Part shown: in pieces, positions 10,401 to 20,159 of the stretch
Layout of the letters: each line of letters opens with the position of its first letter
Position numbering within the stretch: position 1 is the first letter of the stretch
NCBI GenBank assembly: GCA_050287845.1
Contig: JBNKCR010000025.1
Span: 32,001-96,000, forward strand
Length of the DNA: 64,000 nucleotides
Reading direction: 5' to 3'
DNA from: Polyangia bacterium
GTDB taxonomy: Bacteria; Myxococcota_A; Polyangia; JAAYKL01
The notes under the pieces: model-generated
What the model was told of the DNA's origin: nothing
Database searches by the model: none
What the model saw: the letters and a program-made list of their open reading frames with translations, nothing else
Made by a program: the position numbers and the translations under genes

Positions 10401-11135
10401 ATTAACTGGACGGGATACGCCTTTGGCAGCGGAATGGACAATCAGAATGAGCAAATGGAAAACGCGGCGATAGCGCACTACGCCGGTTTATTGAAGTCAC
10501 TGGATGTGTCGTACCAGAAAGCGAGCGCAGCGGAATACGATGCCCTGTCGTGTGGGTGTTACTCCGGGTTTCAGGGAGGAATGGCCGCGGCCAAACGGGG
10601 TCTTGGCGGGGGGGAAACCAAACTGTACTGGGGTGACTCGGTCACCAGCGAATCACCGGAAATTCGCGACCTGTCTGAAGAGATTGATTTGGGATTTTCG
10701 TCACGCCTGCTCAATCCCGACTGGGTGGAAAATCAAAAGGAACAGGGATACCGAGGCGCGTTTGCGGTTTCCACCATGGTCAACGCCGTCCATGCATGGT
10801 CGGCGACCACTCATGTGGTCACCAAAGAACAGTTCGATGGCATTTGCCGTGTGTACGTGGAGAACCAGGAAAACCGGCAGTGGTTGAGAGACGCCAATAT
10901 TTATGCGTTTGAGGAAATCACGCGGCGACTTTTAGAAGCGCAGGCGCGGGGGTTGTGGCGGGCGGATACGCAGCAGCTGGAATCTGTACAGGCAGCTGCG
11001 CTCTCCGTTGAGGGCGATCTCGAAGAATGCATTGGCGAAACCAGCGGCGAATTTCAGGGGGGCAGTGTGGATATTCTGACCGCTGATCAGGTGGAGAAGT
11101 GGCAATACCGGTATCGTATTGAGAAAGACAATTAA
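7491..11135 (+). CDS. CobN/ChlH-family chelatase large subunit, divergent paralog
   Basis: PKRGCYGPKCDG, DHLSP, PTGRNFY, RPRIDV, LLNPDW; HxGxHGxLE replaced by SMGAESSVE; alternative start 7509. Confidence 0.85.
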   Translation: MSEEALMKAIFVFSHPTLFPVWDRTVADLQQQGITAVVTSQMADMDWETFAVEEIAGADAVYLNLSGHFPSFKTLIAAAKGPPVVVPGGAETIAAMTGQGIVNGDLSFGAAIEGYIKSGSASDLANAVKLLLHHAKKLRDAPPKPIEPVLCGIFDEKSNQLQEDVAGAIEDKRQSVVALCFGRSLYVEDDMALPAFAARALEKKGFFPLLIFCDWELATQFGKSDTHPLHRILSACGGQLTCIWNGLFSHTGAHEDNISPFEQFGVPVFQVIRNYSSTAEGWAQSSDGLSPMSVCYSLTQPEMLGCIEPTVLACNQQKESKRVSGKVNLADVVEDRVETLAERTMRWHILSCNAPTEKRVAIMLHNSPCKSVEATLASAAGLDAAESAVRLMRRLGQVGYRVDDIPESGQALIELFLERKAFSEFRWTAVDEIVRKNGALAFVDAAEYNDDFLKLDVEVQAAVNDAWGAFPAEAMVHSDETGAPSLVITGIEFGNILVMIDPKRGCYGPKCDGEVCRILHQPDIPPTHHFLATYFYLQKHVDAIVSMGAESSVEYLPGKRAGLSKNCYSEIALGTLPVIYPYIVTATGEGLIAKRRGRGVLIDHLSPAKKKVSDFSSRLDEIEDLHRQVLAASTVNDKMRLGKAEEQLRQKCVLSNLLPPEQDEQEFKTFFEMLPAKLSRLRNRKVDGKSHVMGQIPDDEARLLYEAEVEQFSNTDWNRELFHTSLGRTENELHSVIHALEGRFIAPGPSGHLSRGKVDTVPTGRNFYGLDLKTVPTRTAWDVGHLMGEQLLQKYLKEENRFPKAIGITLWSSDVFRSEGELISQILWLLGCEPQWMSGGKVKGIRPLAQDELTMEGIDGKKISRPRIDVLVQMSGVVRDTLPVFYQMLDSAVLKVSELDESDDVNFVRAHIQKQLAELQNTVASEELPFLKKMAAKRVFSSKPGSYGVGVNLAIDAAAWQDDADLAEAFINWTGYAFGSGMDNQNEQMENAAIAHYAGLLKSLDVSYQKASAAEYDALSCGCYSGFQGGMAAAKRGLGGGETKLYWGDSVTSESPEIRDLSEEIDLGFSSRLLNPDWVENQKEQGYRGAFAVSTMVNAVHAWSATTHVVTKEQFDGICRVYVENQENRQWLRDANIYAFEEITRRLLEAQARGLWRADTQQLESVQAAALSVEGDLEECIGETSGEFQGGSVDILTADQVEKWQYRYRIEKDN

Positions 11136-11136
11136 T

Positions 11137-13128
11137 ATGATGCAAACGAGGGGAACACACACTGACATCTATCCGTTCGCCGCCATCGCCGGGCAGTCGC
11201 AGATGAAGCTCGCGCTGATTCTGAATACCATTGCGCCCGCCATTGGCGGGGTGCTCATTCGCGGACACAAAGGCACCGCCAAATCCACTGCCGTACGTGG
11301 CCTTTCACAATTACTTAAAAGTGACAATGGCAACGCACTGCTGACGGAGCTGCCTCTGGGCGCCACCGAAGATATGGTGGTGGGCGCCATCGATATGGAA
11401 GCCGCGATAAAAGAGGGAAAGAAAAAGTTCCAACCGGGAATACTGAAGCGCGCAAATGGGGGAATGCTTTATGTGGACGAAGTGAATCTGCTGGATGACC
11501 ATCTGGTGGAGTGCATTCTGGATGCTGCGGAAACAGGTATGAACCGGGTCGAGCGGGAAGGACTGTGCACTGCTCACGCTGCGCGTTTTTCGCTGGTAGG
11601 CAGCATGAACCCCGAAGAAGGCGAATTGAGACCTCAGCTGCTCGATCGTTTTGGTCTTGCGGTTCAGGTGGAAGGGGAAACCGACACTGCCCTGCGAGTG
11701 GAACTGATGCGTCGGCGAGAGCAGTTTGACAATAACCCGGGTGAAATCATTTCAGTATATAGTACTGAAAGTCGTAGTCTGAGTGAACGAATTGAAAAGG
11801 CGCGTGGCTTTTTACCCAAAGTGACTGTCCCGTCCCATTTGTTGCGCTTTATCGCCGAAATCGCAGAGGTAAACAATGTGGCCGGGCATCGGGCGGATTT
11901 GGTTATTGAACGGGCGGCCCGCGCCCATGCCGCCTGGTGTGGTCGTGATATTGTTTCTGTAGTGGATATTCAGACAGTCGCTCCGATGGCACTGCTGCAC
12001 CGAACCAGAGAGCAGGCACCGCCGCATATGCCGCCTTCGCCGCCCCCAGAAGCATCAGAAAACAACTCGGACGACAATTCAGAACAGGAAAAAGAGGAAG
12101 AGTCGTCTACAAAACCGCCGCCACCAGAAGGAAATAACGAAACGTCTCAAAACGGGCCTATGGATTCGAGGGACAATCAAGGCGCATCAGATGATGAGAC
12201 AACTGATAATGACGGCAATAACCCGGACGAGACGCCTGACAATAAGTCTGCCAGAAAAGAGGATTCCCCGGGGGACGAACATGTTTTCGGAGTGGGAGCG
12301 CCCTTTAAAGTAAAACCGCTTGTGTCGGATACAGACAGCCAGCGGCGCACCGGCTCCGGGCGTCGCAGTCGTTCGCGGTCTGCCAACAAGCAGGGACGCT
12401 ACATTAAAAGTACATCCCGCAGGCAAAATGGAGACCTGGCGCTGGACGCCACGTTGAGAGCGGCGGCACCTTTTCAGAAAAACAGACGGGAAACCATGGC
12501 GTCGCCAATGGCCGTACATGTTCGCGAAAGTGATATACGTGAAAAGATTCGCGAGCGGCGTATGGGCAACATTCTGGTGTTTGTGGTGGATGGGTCGGGT
12601 TCGATGGGCGCACATAAGCGCATGGTGGAAACCAAGGCAGCGGTATTGAGTGTTTTAATGGACGCGTACCAAAAAAGAGATCAGGTGGCGGTAATTGTGT
12701 TTCGGGGAAAAGACGCAAGTGTTGCCCTGCCCCCAACCAGTTCGGTTGAACTGGCCAGTAGAATGTTGACCGATATGCCCATTGGCGGCAGGACGCCACT
12801 TTCCGCAGGAATTGGAAGGATGTCGGATTTACTGACACAGATTCATCGCAAAAATCCGCTTGCCCGGCCTATCGCGATTCTGCTGACAGATGGGAAAGCC
12901 AACGCCGCACTCGGCGTGGGTCCGGCACATCTGGAAGCGATTGCCATGGCGAAAAAAGTGGCGCAGCACCATAGCGATGTGCGTTTCATTGTGGTGGATA
13001 CGGAGTCTCCGGGGGCGATTCGTCTGCGACTGGCGCAGAAGCTGGCGTCTGCATTGAACGCCAGTTACTTCGAACCAGAAAATTTGCGCGCAAAAGAAAT
13101 TGTCAATGTCATTAAGGAGATTGTGTAA
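11137..13128 (+). CDS. chlD: ChlD/BchD-like chelatase medium subunit (AAA+, Pro/acidic linker, vWA)
   Basis: [23 protein letters not shown], Pro/Asp/Glu linker, [22 protein letters not shown]. Confidence 0.9.
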   Translation: MMQTRGTHTDIYPFAAIAGQSQMKLALILNTIAPAIGGVLIRGHKGTAKSTAVRGLSQLLKSDNGNALLTELPLGATEDMVVGAIDMEAAIKEGKKKFQPGILKRANGGMLYVDEVNLLDDHLVECILDAAETGMNRVEREGLCTAHAARFSLVGSMNPEEGELRPQLLDRFGLAVQVEGETDTALRVELMRRREQFDNNPGEIISVYSTESRSLSERIEKARGFLPKVTVPSHLLRFIAEIAEVNNVAGHRADLVIERAARAHAAWCGRDIVSVVDIQTVAPMALLHRTREQAPPHMPPSPPPEASENNSDDNSEQEKEEESSTKPPPPEGNNETSQNGPMDSRDNQGASDDETTDNDGNNPDETPDNKSARKEDSPGDEHVFGVGAPFKVKPLVSDTDSQRRTGSGRRSRSRSANKQGRYIKSTSRRQNGDLALDATLRAAAPFQKNRRETMASPMAVHVRESDIREKIRERRMGNILVFVVDGSGSMGAHKRMVETKAAVLSVLMDAYQKRDQVAVIVFRGKDASVALPPTSSVELASRMLTDMPIGGRTPLSAGIGRMSDLLTQIHRKNPLARPIAILLTDGKANAALGVGPAHLEAIAMAKKVAQHHSDVRFIVVDTESPGAIRLRLAQKLASALNASYFEPENLRAKEIVNVIKEIV

Positions 13129-14159
13129 TGCATCATCAAACATTTATAGCGGACAGGCCCAGTTTTCCATTTTCCGCCATCGTTGGCCAGGACAGGTTGA
13201 AAATGGGATTGTTTTTAAATGTCATCAACCCGACCATCTCCGGGCTTTTAATACGTGGAGAAAAAGGTACCGCCAAATCAACCGCGGTTCGCGCGCTGGC
13301 AGATATTTTGCCATATATTGAAGTCGTCAAAGGATGCCCCTTTCAATGCGACCCCAATGCGAAGGCGTCACTTTGCTTTCAATGTCAAAGCCGTGTGGCA
13401 AAGGGCGAAACACTGGAATCAGTGATGCGAAAGGTAAAGGTGGTGGAATTGCCTTTGTCGGCGACGGAAGACCGCGTGGTGGGAACGTTGAATATGGAAC
13501 ACGCTTTAAAACATGGAGAAAAAAAGTTTGAGCCGGGTATTCTTTCGGCAGCGCATCGCGGCATTCTGTATATTGATGAAGTCAATCTGCTGGATGACCA
13601 CGTGGTGGATGTATTGCTGGATTGTGCAGCTATGGGGGTGAATACCGTGGAACGTGAAGGTATCAGTTTTTCCCATCCCGCGAAATTCACCCTGGTGGGC
13701 ACCATGAATCCTGAAGAAGGCGAGCTTAGACCGCAATTGCAAGACAGATTTGGTCTTTGTGTTCAGGTGGAGGGAATCACAGACCCACACCAGCGTGTGG
13801 AGATTGTGAAACGCCGCGCCGCTTTCGAGGTGGACCCCGTCGGTTTTTCCAAACAATTTGAAACCGAATCAGTTGAGTTGTCACAGCAGATTGACGCGGC
13901 GATACAAATCTATGATGATGTGGAGGCGGACGACGACATTCTGTTTGAGATTGCGCGCCTGGCTATCGAAGCTGGGGTGGATGGTCACAGAAGTGACATT
14001 GTTATGCTCAAAACCGCCAAGGCGCTTACCGCGTTCCACAGTAAAAAACAGGTCAGCATGGACGAAGTGGCAGAGGCCGCGTTGCTGGTGCTTCCCCATC
14101 GCATGCGCCGCCTGCCGTTTGAGGATGTACTGAATATGGGGTCCAGGAAAGTCGGGTAG
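13128..14159 (+). CDS. chlI: ChlI/BchI-like chelatase ATPase subunit
   Basis: [43 protein letters not shown]. Confidence 0.9.
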   Translation: MHHQTFIADRPSFPFSAIVGQDRLKMGLFLNVINPTISGLLIRGEKGTAKSTAVRALADILPYIEVVKGCPFQCDPNAKASLCFQCQSRVAKGETLESVMRKVKVVELPLSATEDRVVGTLNMEHALKHGEKKFEPGILSAAHRGILYIDEVNLLDDHVVDVLLDCAAMGVNTVEREGISFSHPAKFTLVGTMNPEEGELRPQLQDRFGLCVQVEGITDPHQRVEIVKRRAAFEVDPVGFSKQFETESVELSQQIDAAIQIYDDVEADDDILFEIARLAIEAGVDGHRSDIVMLKTAKALTAFHSKKQVSMDEVAEAALLVLPHRMRRLPFEDVLNMGSRKVG

Positions 14160-14206
14160 AAACGCGCGTGACAGGTTTTCTGAAAAGTGTTTTTCGGCAT
14201 GAAATC

Positions 14207-14271
14207 GTAGGGGCGGGTCTCTGTGTCCGCCCTGTTTCAAATGCTGGGCACCCACAGGGAGGCGCCCCTAC
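14207..14271. repeat. GTAG-type REP doublet (REPIN-like), two inverted 26-nt units
   Basis: GTAGGGGCGGGTCTCTGTGTCCGCCC (14207-14232) and, on the - strand, GTAGGGGCGCCTCCCTGTGGGTGCCC (14246-14271). Confidence 0.75.
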
Positions 14272-14272
14272 C

Positions 14273-16141
14273 ATGATATTGGTATTCGCGTTTCTTCTCT
14301 TTTCTGCCTGCGCCTGCTCTCCCAGACCCAGGGTCACATCCCAGACCCTTTCCGCCCAGTTTGAATTGCCGGGGGTTTTAAAAGTAATAAATGCAATAGA
14401 CGTTAAGAGTGTGGCTGTTAAAAATGCAACTGGCCAAACAGTGGCAAAGGTGTTCACCTTTGGCAGGACTGACTTTGAAATACGATTCGATTGGCAGGTC
14501 CGTCAGACGTACACAGTGGTCCCCAGTTCCGGCAGGGCTATTACCATTACATCGCCAAAGCAAAAACCGGAGTTCGCCCTGCGTATTCATGCGCCGCTGG
14601 GTCAGAACCGGTATGACTATTTTTTATCGTCTCTAAAGGATGCCTCAGTGCCATCTCCCATTGCCATCCAGGCCGACAAAGGGGAGAACGTCGATATTTT
14701 AATAGAAGTCGAAAAGCTATCGGGCGAACGACCCATTGTACTGAATGTCTCTTTGATATCCACTGGGATGTCCGATGGTGGGCCTGATGGCAATGCTCCC
14801 CATGACGCCCTGCTGTCCCCTGCCATAAATAGCAAAAGCGCAACATTGCGGTTTGAGTTTGACAAAGCCATTTGGCAAAGCCGATTGTCGCTGAAAAAGG
14901 GGTTACCCGGCAACATGGCATTTATAGCGCTGGAGCGAAATGGTCAGCCGTTTAAAGTGCCTGTGGTGGTTACCCAAAGAGATGCAGATGCATCCACAGT
15001 CGTGGTAAAAAACTGGGAAATGCCTGTGGACGCATTGGGTCTTTACCAGCCCCAAAGGTTGCCAGAGCAAATTGCACTGCCCAATCCGGTGTGGCACAGA
15101 ATTGGCACCTTTTTCAACGTACAGACCGAACAGATTAACTTTTTCGAACCGTTTGTTTATCAGCGACTGGATATTGAAAACAAACAGGTATATCCCCTCA
15201 ACCTTCTGTTAAAAAGCAAAGTGGTGGATGAGCGTACCGGCAAAGGGATAAGCTGGTTTTCAGCGCCTGATTTTTCGATGAGCAAGGGCTCTAAAAAAAA
15301 TGAGGGGATTTTGGGATACTGCCAGATTCCGGCCCAATCCAAGGGAAACTGCGTTTTACCCATTTATATGAAACCCGACACACCTGCCGGTACCTACACT
15401 CGTCAAATCGAAGTGTATCCTACGGGGTCAAGCAGGCGTATAAAGCTAATCAAAAAACCATTCAGCGTGGTTCGGTCTAACTCGCTACTGTCGTTTTGGC
15501 TCGTAATGGTAGTTATCATCAGTCTGGGATGGCTCGGAATAACGATTGTTTTTCACAGACGAATGGTCAATCGTTTCGGTGTCCGTCTCCTTGTGTTGAT
15601 TTCACTTCTGGGCGCCATACAGTTTTGTCTGGAATTTGGCAGTCGTCTGATGTCCACGGCGTTGCACGCTTTTTTAGGACCGTTCAACTGCCTCGTTGGC
15701 GGGCTTCTCTCTGAAGTGGTGACGTATCTGATTATTACCTCAGTGCTGCATCTTTCGCCCCGAGTGGGGACCATCACCCTTGCCGGTATCATCAGCTATT
15801 TGATGGGCGGCATCTTGTTTGGTTCTTTTGGGCTCACTGACATTTTGTTTACGGGATCCACTATCGCATTTCGAGAAATACTGTTGTTTTCAATGGGGGT
15901 TACCAAAATGACGCCTTCTGTGGATTATATTCCCCCCATCGTTCCTATGATGTTCGCCCTTGGCATGGCGGACGCCATGAGCACGTTCACATCTCTTACG
16001 CTCCACGCCGTGTTTTATCGATTGTTTTACGCCGACTGGTACATCGCTTTGAATGTGGTGGTCACCGGATTCCTTTACACGGTGATTGGTGTCTTCTGGG
16101 GACGAAAACTGGGGCGCAATCTGCGCAAGGTGCATGCATGA
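14273..16141 (+). CDS. Membrane protein: lipoprotein-like extracytoplasmic domain fused to a putative ECF S-component
   Basis: GGGAGG then ATG 14273; FSACAC signal; about 400 aa soluble region, then about 7 hydrophobic segments; directly upstream of ecfA/ecfT. Confidence 0.6.
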   Translation: MILVFAFLLFSACACSPRPRVTSQTLSAQFELPGVLKVINAIDVKSVAVKNATGQTVAKVFTFGRTDFEIRFDWQVRQTYTVVPSSGRAITITSPKQKPEFALRIHAPLGQNRYDYFLSSLKDASVPSPIAIQADKGENVDILIEVEKLSGERPIVLNVSLISTGMSDGGPDGNAPHDALLSPAINSKSATLRFEFDKAIWQSRLSLKKGLPGNMAFIALERNGQPFKVPVVVTQRDADASTVVVKNWEMPVDALGLYQPQRLPEQIALPNPVWHRIGTFFNVQTEQINFFEPFVYQRLDIENKQVYPLNLLLKSKVVDERTGKGISWFSAPDFSMSKGSKKNEGILGYCQIPAQSKGNCVLPIYMKPDTPAGTYTRQIEVYPTGSSRRIKLIKKPFSVVRSNSLLSFWLVMVVIISLGWLGITIVFHRRMVNRFGVRLLVLISLLGAIQFCLEFGSRLMSTALHAFLGPFNCLVGGLLSEVVTYLIITSVLHLSPRVGTITLAGIISYLMGGILFGSFGLTDILFTGSTIAFREILLFSMGVTKMTPSVDYIPPIVPMMFALGMADAMSTFTSLTLHAVFYRLFYADWYIALNVVVTGFLYTVIGVFWGRKLGRNLRKVHA

Positions 16142-17745
16142 TTCACATTAAAAACCTTTCGGTGACATACCCAGTCCAGAGCCATCCGGTGCTGACGCAG
16201 ATAAATGTTCGCATTGAAAGAAACGAATTTGTGCTCATTTGCGGACCGAGCGGTTGTGGTAAGTCTTCGCTGATGCTGTGTATGAATGGCATTATGCATC
16301 ATGCGACAAATGCAAAAGTTGAAGGCGCCGTCAGTCTAAACGGAACCGACATCAAAGAGTATTCATTGCCAAACATTTGCCGGGTTGCCGGCAGCGTGTT
16401 TCAAAATCCGGCCGTTCAGCTGTGTACATCCGTGGTGGAAACCGAAGTGGCATTTGGACTTGAGAATCTTAATACGCCACGTCGGCTGATGGAAAAGCGC
16501 ATTCACCATGCGCTCGAGTTGACGGGGTTAAAGGAGATGCGCCGCCACAAAGTCCATGAGCTGTCCGGTGGTCAGCAACAGCGGCTGGCCATTGCCTGCG
16601 CCCTTGCGCTGGAGCCACAGGTGTTGCTGCTGGACGAGCCCACAAGTCAACTGGACCCAATGGGGGCAAAGGATATTCTTGAAATCATCTCACGTTTAAA
16701 AGACGCCAGCGAACTGACGGTGGTTGTTATAGAACATCGACTCGAAATTCCCCTTCGACTGGCGGACAGAGTGCTCATTATGGATAGAGGTAGCGTCCTT
16801 CGTGACACTACGCCTTTTGAGGTGCTCAAAGACTCGAAAGTATTTCGCAGGCTGGGGCTGCATGCGCCTTCTTTGCCAGCCCTTTTCGAAAAACTGGGAC
16901 GCGCTGAACGTCCGGTTCTAGCGAAGGATGCCCCACCGATTAAACTGGTAGGACTACCAAAGAATAATGTCGTACCGCTGCATTCGCACATGCTGTTATC
17001 GGTAAATGCATTGCAGTTTACCTATCCCAGGGCCAATGCACCTGTGCTTCGCAACATATCTTTCGAGATTTACAGGGGGGATCGCATTGCACTGATGGGC
17101 GCCAATGGTGCCGGCAAATCAACTCTCCTCCACCTGCTTTCGGGGACATTGAAGCCGGATAGAGGAAAAATCTTTGGGGAGAACGGGGCGCGTCCTGTAA
17201 CCGGAATGATTTCGCAAAACCCCGATGTGATGTTGTTTTCAGAAACGGTTGAACAGGAGATTGCGTTTGCGCCATCGCAACGGGGTGAACACGGCGAAAC
17301 GCTTGATCTGCGCATGGAAGATGTTTTGTCCAGGTTTTCTTTGTCTTCTCTTAAACACCGTGCTCCATTTACGCTTTCGAGGGGCGAGCGACAGAGAACG
17401 GCTGTGGGTTCTGTGATGACGCTGGATGCGCCGCTGGTTCTGCTGGATGAACCCACAACCGGTCAGGACAGGGCGCGGATTGAAAAAATGATGGATGCGA
17501 TTGTTTCCCATTCAAACGCCATTGTTTTTTCAACCCACGATATTGAAATGGCGTTTCATTTTGCCAATCGCATTATTCTTCTGTGCGGCGCTTATATCTC
17601 TGCGATGGGTCCGCCGGACGAAGTGCTTAAACAAGTGGATGTGTTGGCCCATGGCGGGGTTTGTCTTACCCAGCTGCAACAGTTTTCCATCGCAAACGGG
17701 CTGAGACTTTTTCATATTGATGAAATGGTGGAGGGGGCTGGATGA
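16138..17745 (+). CDS. ecfA: ECF transporter ATPase with two ABC domains (EcfA-A')
   Basis: Walker A GPSGCGKS and GANGAGKS, FQNP, LSGGQQQR and LSRGERQR, two LLDEPT. Confidence 0.9.
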   Translation: MIHIKNLSVTYPVQSHPVLTQINVRIERNEFVLICGPSGCGKSSLMLCMNGIMHHATNAKVEGAVSLNGTDIKEYSLPNICRVAGSVFQNPAVQLCTSVVETEVAFGLENLNTPRRLMEKRIHHALELTGLKEMRRHKVHELSGGQQQRLAIACALALEPQVLLLDEPTSQLDPMGAKDILEIISRLKDASELTVVVIEHRLEIPLRLADRVLIMDRGSVLRDTTPFEVLKDSKVFRRLGLHAPSLPALFEKLGRAERPVLAKDAPPIKLVGLPKNNVVPLHSHMLLSVNALQFTYPRANAPVLRNISFEIYRGDRIALMGANGAGKSTLLHLLSGTLKPDRGKIFGENGARPVTGMISQNPDVMLFSETVEQEIAFAPSQRGEHGETLDLRMEDVLSRFSLSSLKHRAPFTLSRGERQRTAVGSVMTLDAPLVLLDEPTTGQDRARIEKMMDAIVSHSNAIVFSTHDIEMAFHFANRIILLCGAYISAMGPPDEVLKQVDVLAHGGVCLTQLQQFSIANGLRLFHIDEMVEGAG

Positions 17746-18611
17746 CGGCTTTTATTGGAAGCAATTCTCATTCCCTGATAGGGCGTTTGAATGTGCGTTT
17801 AAAGCTGGCGCTGGGTTTCAGTATATCGATGATGGCGATAGCTGTGGATAGTCTCTACTTTTTAACCGGTTTAATGCTGGCCGGCGCTTTGATTTTTATT
17901 GCAACCATGCCTTCCCGTGTGCAGGTGCGGCTGATTGTGCTGCTGTGCCTGCTGATTGTGTGGGGCGCCATGTTCAGTCAGGCGATTTTTTACAACCGGT
18001 TTCCAAGGGATGTCCTGTTTACAATTATCGAACCCAATACCATGTTCAGCGGCGGGCTTCATGTGTATCATCAGGGCATCTATTATGGCGCAGTTCAATC
18101 TTTTCGGATGGTCGCCGTGTTGCTGACAGGTTATGCCATCTGTTTTTCAACCAGTGATGAGCAGTTTTTACGTGGCTTTGTGGCGTTAAAAATTCCCTAC
18201 GCTATTTCATTTATGGCGGTTTCTGCAATTCAGTTTGTGCCGGTCGCGGTGGCGGAGTTTCGTCAGGTGCGTACGGCGATGAGACTCAAAGGATATCGAC
18301 CTTTTAAAACGGGTTTTCGCGGCACATTAAAAACAGAGCTGGGAGCACTTGGAACGATGCTGGCCGGCGCCATCCGTCATTCGGAGGAAAAAGCAGTATC
18401 TATTTTAACGCGGGGATTCAGTGTGAATGGCGTTCGGTCATCCTTCCGGGAAGACACGTTGAGTATAAAGGAAAAAGTCGCTATATCTACAATGTTGTCA
18501 GTGGTTGGTGGCATTGTGGCAATGCGGGTGCTGTTCTGGTGCTATCAGTACCAGTTGATTTATATGCCCGAACTTCGGTGGGTGTATGGCTTTGTGAGGA
18601 ATTGGTTGTGA
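17742..18611 (+). CDS. ecfT: ECF transporter transmembrane T component
   Basis: Multi-TM protein with AMRLKG and LTRGF coupling-helix motifs; adjacent to ecfA. Confidence 0.85.
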   Translation: MTAFIGSNSHSLIGRLNVRLKLALGFSISMMAIAVDSLYFLTGLMLAGALIFIATMPSRVQVRLIVLLCLLIVWGAMFSQAIFYNRFPRDVLFTIIEPNTMFSGGLHVYHQGIYYGAVQSFRMVAVLLTGYAICFSTSDEQFLRGFVALKIPYAISFMAVSAIQFVPVAVAEFRQVRTAMRLKGYRPFKTGFRGTLKTELGALGTMLAGAIRHSEEKAVSILTRGFSVNGVRSSFREDTLSIKEKVAISTMLSVVGGIVAMRVLFWCYQYQLIYMPELRWVYGFVRNWL

Positions 18612-20155
18612 AACGCGACGCCATTTTATTATTTCCGCGTGCTAAAGTATCTTTTAGACGGTTGTTCGCATTGCTGCTTGGCGGGATACTTGTCGTTCCA
18701 ATCCCTTCTGTTTACGCCGGTGACACCTGGCCGGCGATACAGAAGAATTCGTCCCACTGCAGACATCAGCGCGATACTGGTGCGCCATCAATTCCATGCC
18801 CTATCGATCAGATTGACCTTGAAGATGTGTCTTTTTATGTTCGTGGTCGCTGGCAGCCCGACACGTTTGTGAAGTTCTCTCCCAACGGCCGGTTGCTGGG
18901 AATTGGTTCTTATACGGGTAAAATGCGCCTTTGGGATGTGTACGGGCAAAAAATGCTCTGGGAAAAAGATATTGCCGAAGGCATTGTAAAAAGAATTGAT
19001 TTTTCGAACGATGGAAAACGCGTCTGTTTTGGCGAACAGAGCGTGGATGGATTTATTTACTGCGCGAATACGAACACCGGGGATGTGCAGTGGCGGTTTC
19101 GCCTGGCTAACGATTTGCAGACGAGCAAACCCCCGGCCAAAGATGATTCCTACGGCATTTTCACTTTACCTGCGCCGTATGGTCTGAAGGTACTGGATAA
19201 TGGCGATGTGCTTGTGCTTGGCATTCATTCCTGGAACGACGAAAATACATTTCGCGACCGGACTATGTTATCCAGAATTTATCGACTGTCGCCGGAAGGA
19301 AACGTTCGTTGGATCTATCCGAAAGAGGCGCCGTTGCCGATGACTGTCATTGATATGGATTCTGATAGCAGAGGAGACAATATTGCTTTTTTAATCACTA
19401 AAAAGAGCGCTCAACCGGATGTGGTGGCGCCGTATGCCGAAGGAACGATGGTGGTACTGGATGGGCGCGCCGGCAAGCCGGTCTGGCAATACACATTTGA
19501 GCCATTGTCGCCTTTTTTTAACAGCGTGGGGTTTTGGGAATCCATCTCGGTGGCGCCGGATGGAACTCGCGCATCGGTGGGCCTCTTTGATGGACGTACC
19601 ATGCTGTTTGACATCGCCCATAAGCGTGTGGAGAAAGTGTTCGATTTTGGCGCGCCCATCTCCATCAGCGGCGTGCCGGTGAGCGCCAGCGCCACTTACA
19701 ATCATCTTGCGAGTGACGGAATGGCCTATTTTCAAACAGGCACCTCCTCTGTTCCCATGGCAAGCACTATGGCCCATGTGGTAGCGCCTCCTGGACCGCA
19801 TCCCAATGCCACAATGCTGACGGCGGTGGACCCTGAAGGAAAGATTCAATGGCGATATCGCAGTGGTCACAGTTTTCAAAATTTTTGGAGCAGCAACGAC
19901 GGCAGATGGCTGCTGACAGCAGTACAGAGAGATGATGACCAATTCGGGTGGGAGTCCGGGGCCATGCTTTTCGATACCCATCGCAAAGGGGGAGGCACAT
20001 CAAAATTGGTATATTTTTACCAGGTTGAAGGAAAAACCCATTTTCACGCAGACATTGCGAGTGACGGTGCTGCGTTCGCATTGGTGGAGACCCCTTATCG
20101 GGACCCGCAAACAGAGCGCATCGTGGGCAGCTACCAGGTGCATGTGGTGAGGTAA
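18608..20155 (+). CDS. Secreted WD40/PQQ-like beta-propeller protein
   Basis: GTG overlaps ecfT TGA; signal peptide; blades FSPNG, FSNDG, GDVQW, GNVRW, GKIQW. Confidence 0.7.
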   Translation: MKRDAILLFPRAKVSFRRLFALLLGGILVVPIPSVYAGDTWPAIQKNSSHCRHQRDTGAPSIPCPIDQIDLEDVSFYVRGRWQPDTFVKFSPNGRLLGIGSYTGKMRLWDVYGQKMLWEKDIAEGIVKRIDFSNDGKRVCFGEQSVDGFIYCANTNTGDVQWRFRLANDLQTSKPPAKDDSYGIFTLPAPYGLKVLDNGDVLVLGIHSWNDENTFRDRTMLSRIYRLSPEGNVRWIYPKEAPLPMTVIDMDSDSRGDNIAFLITKKSAQPDVVAPYAEGTMVVLDGRAGKPVWQYTFEPLSPFFNSVGFWESISVAPDGTRASVGLFDGRTMLFDIAHKRVEKVFDFGAPISISGVPVSASATYNHLASDGMAYFQTGTSSVPMASTMAHVVAPPGPHPNATMLTAVDPEGKIQWRYRSGHSFQNFWSSNDGRWLLTAVQRDDDQFGWESGAMLFDTHRKGGGTSKLVYFYQVEGKTHFHADIASDGAAFALVETPYRDPQTERIVGSYQVHVVR

Positions 20156-20159
20156 CGGG

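Noticed and set aside
12000..12300. Programmed frameshift in chlD to make the I subunit
   Set aside because: chlD is in one frame, a separate chlI follows, and the linker has only a weak GAAAAAG run.
11137..14159. Photosynthetic magnesium chelatase
   Set aside because: No bch/chl pathway genes; the riboswitch and the cobN/cbiZ context point to corrinoid chelation.
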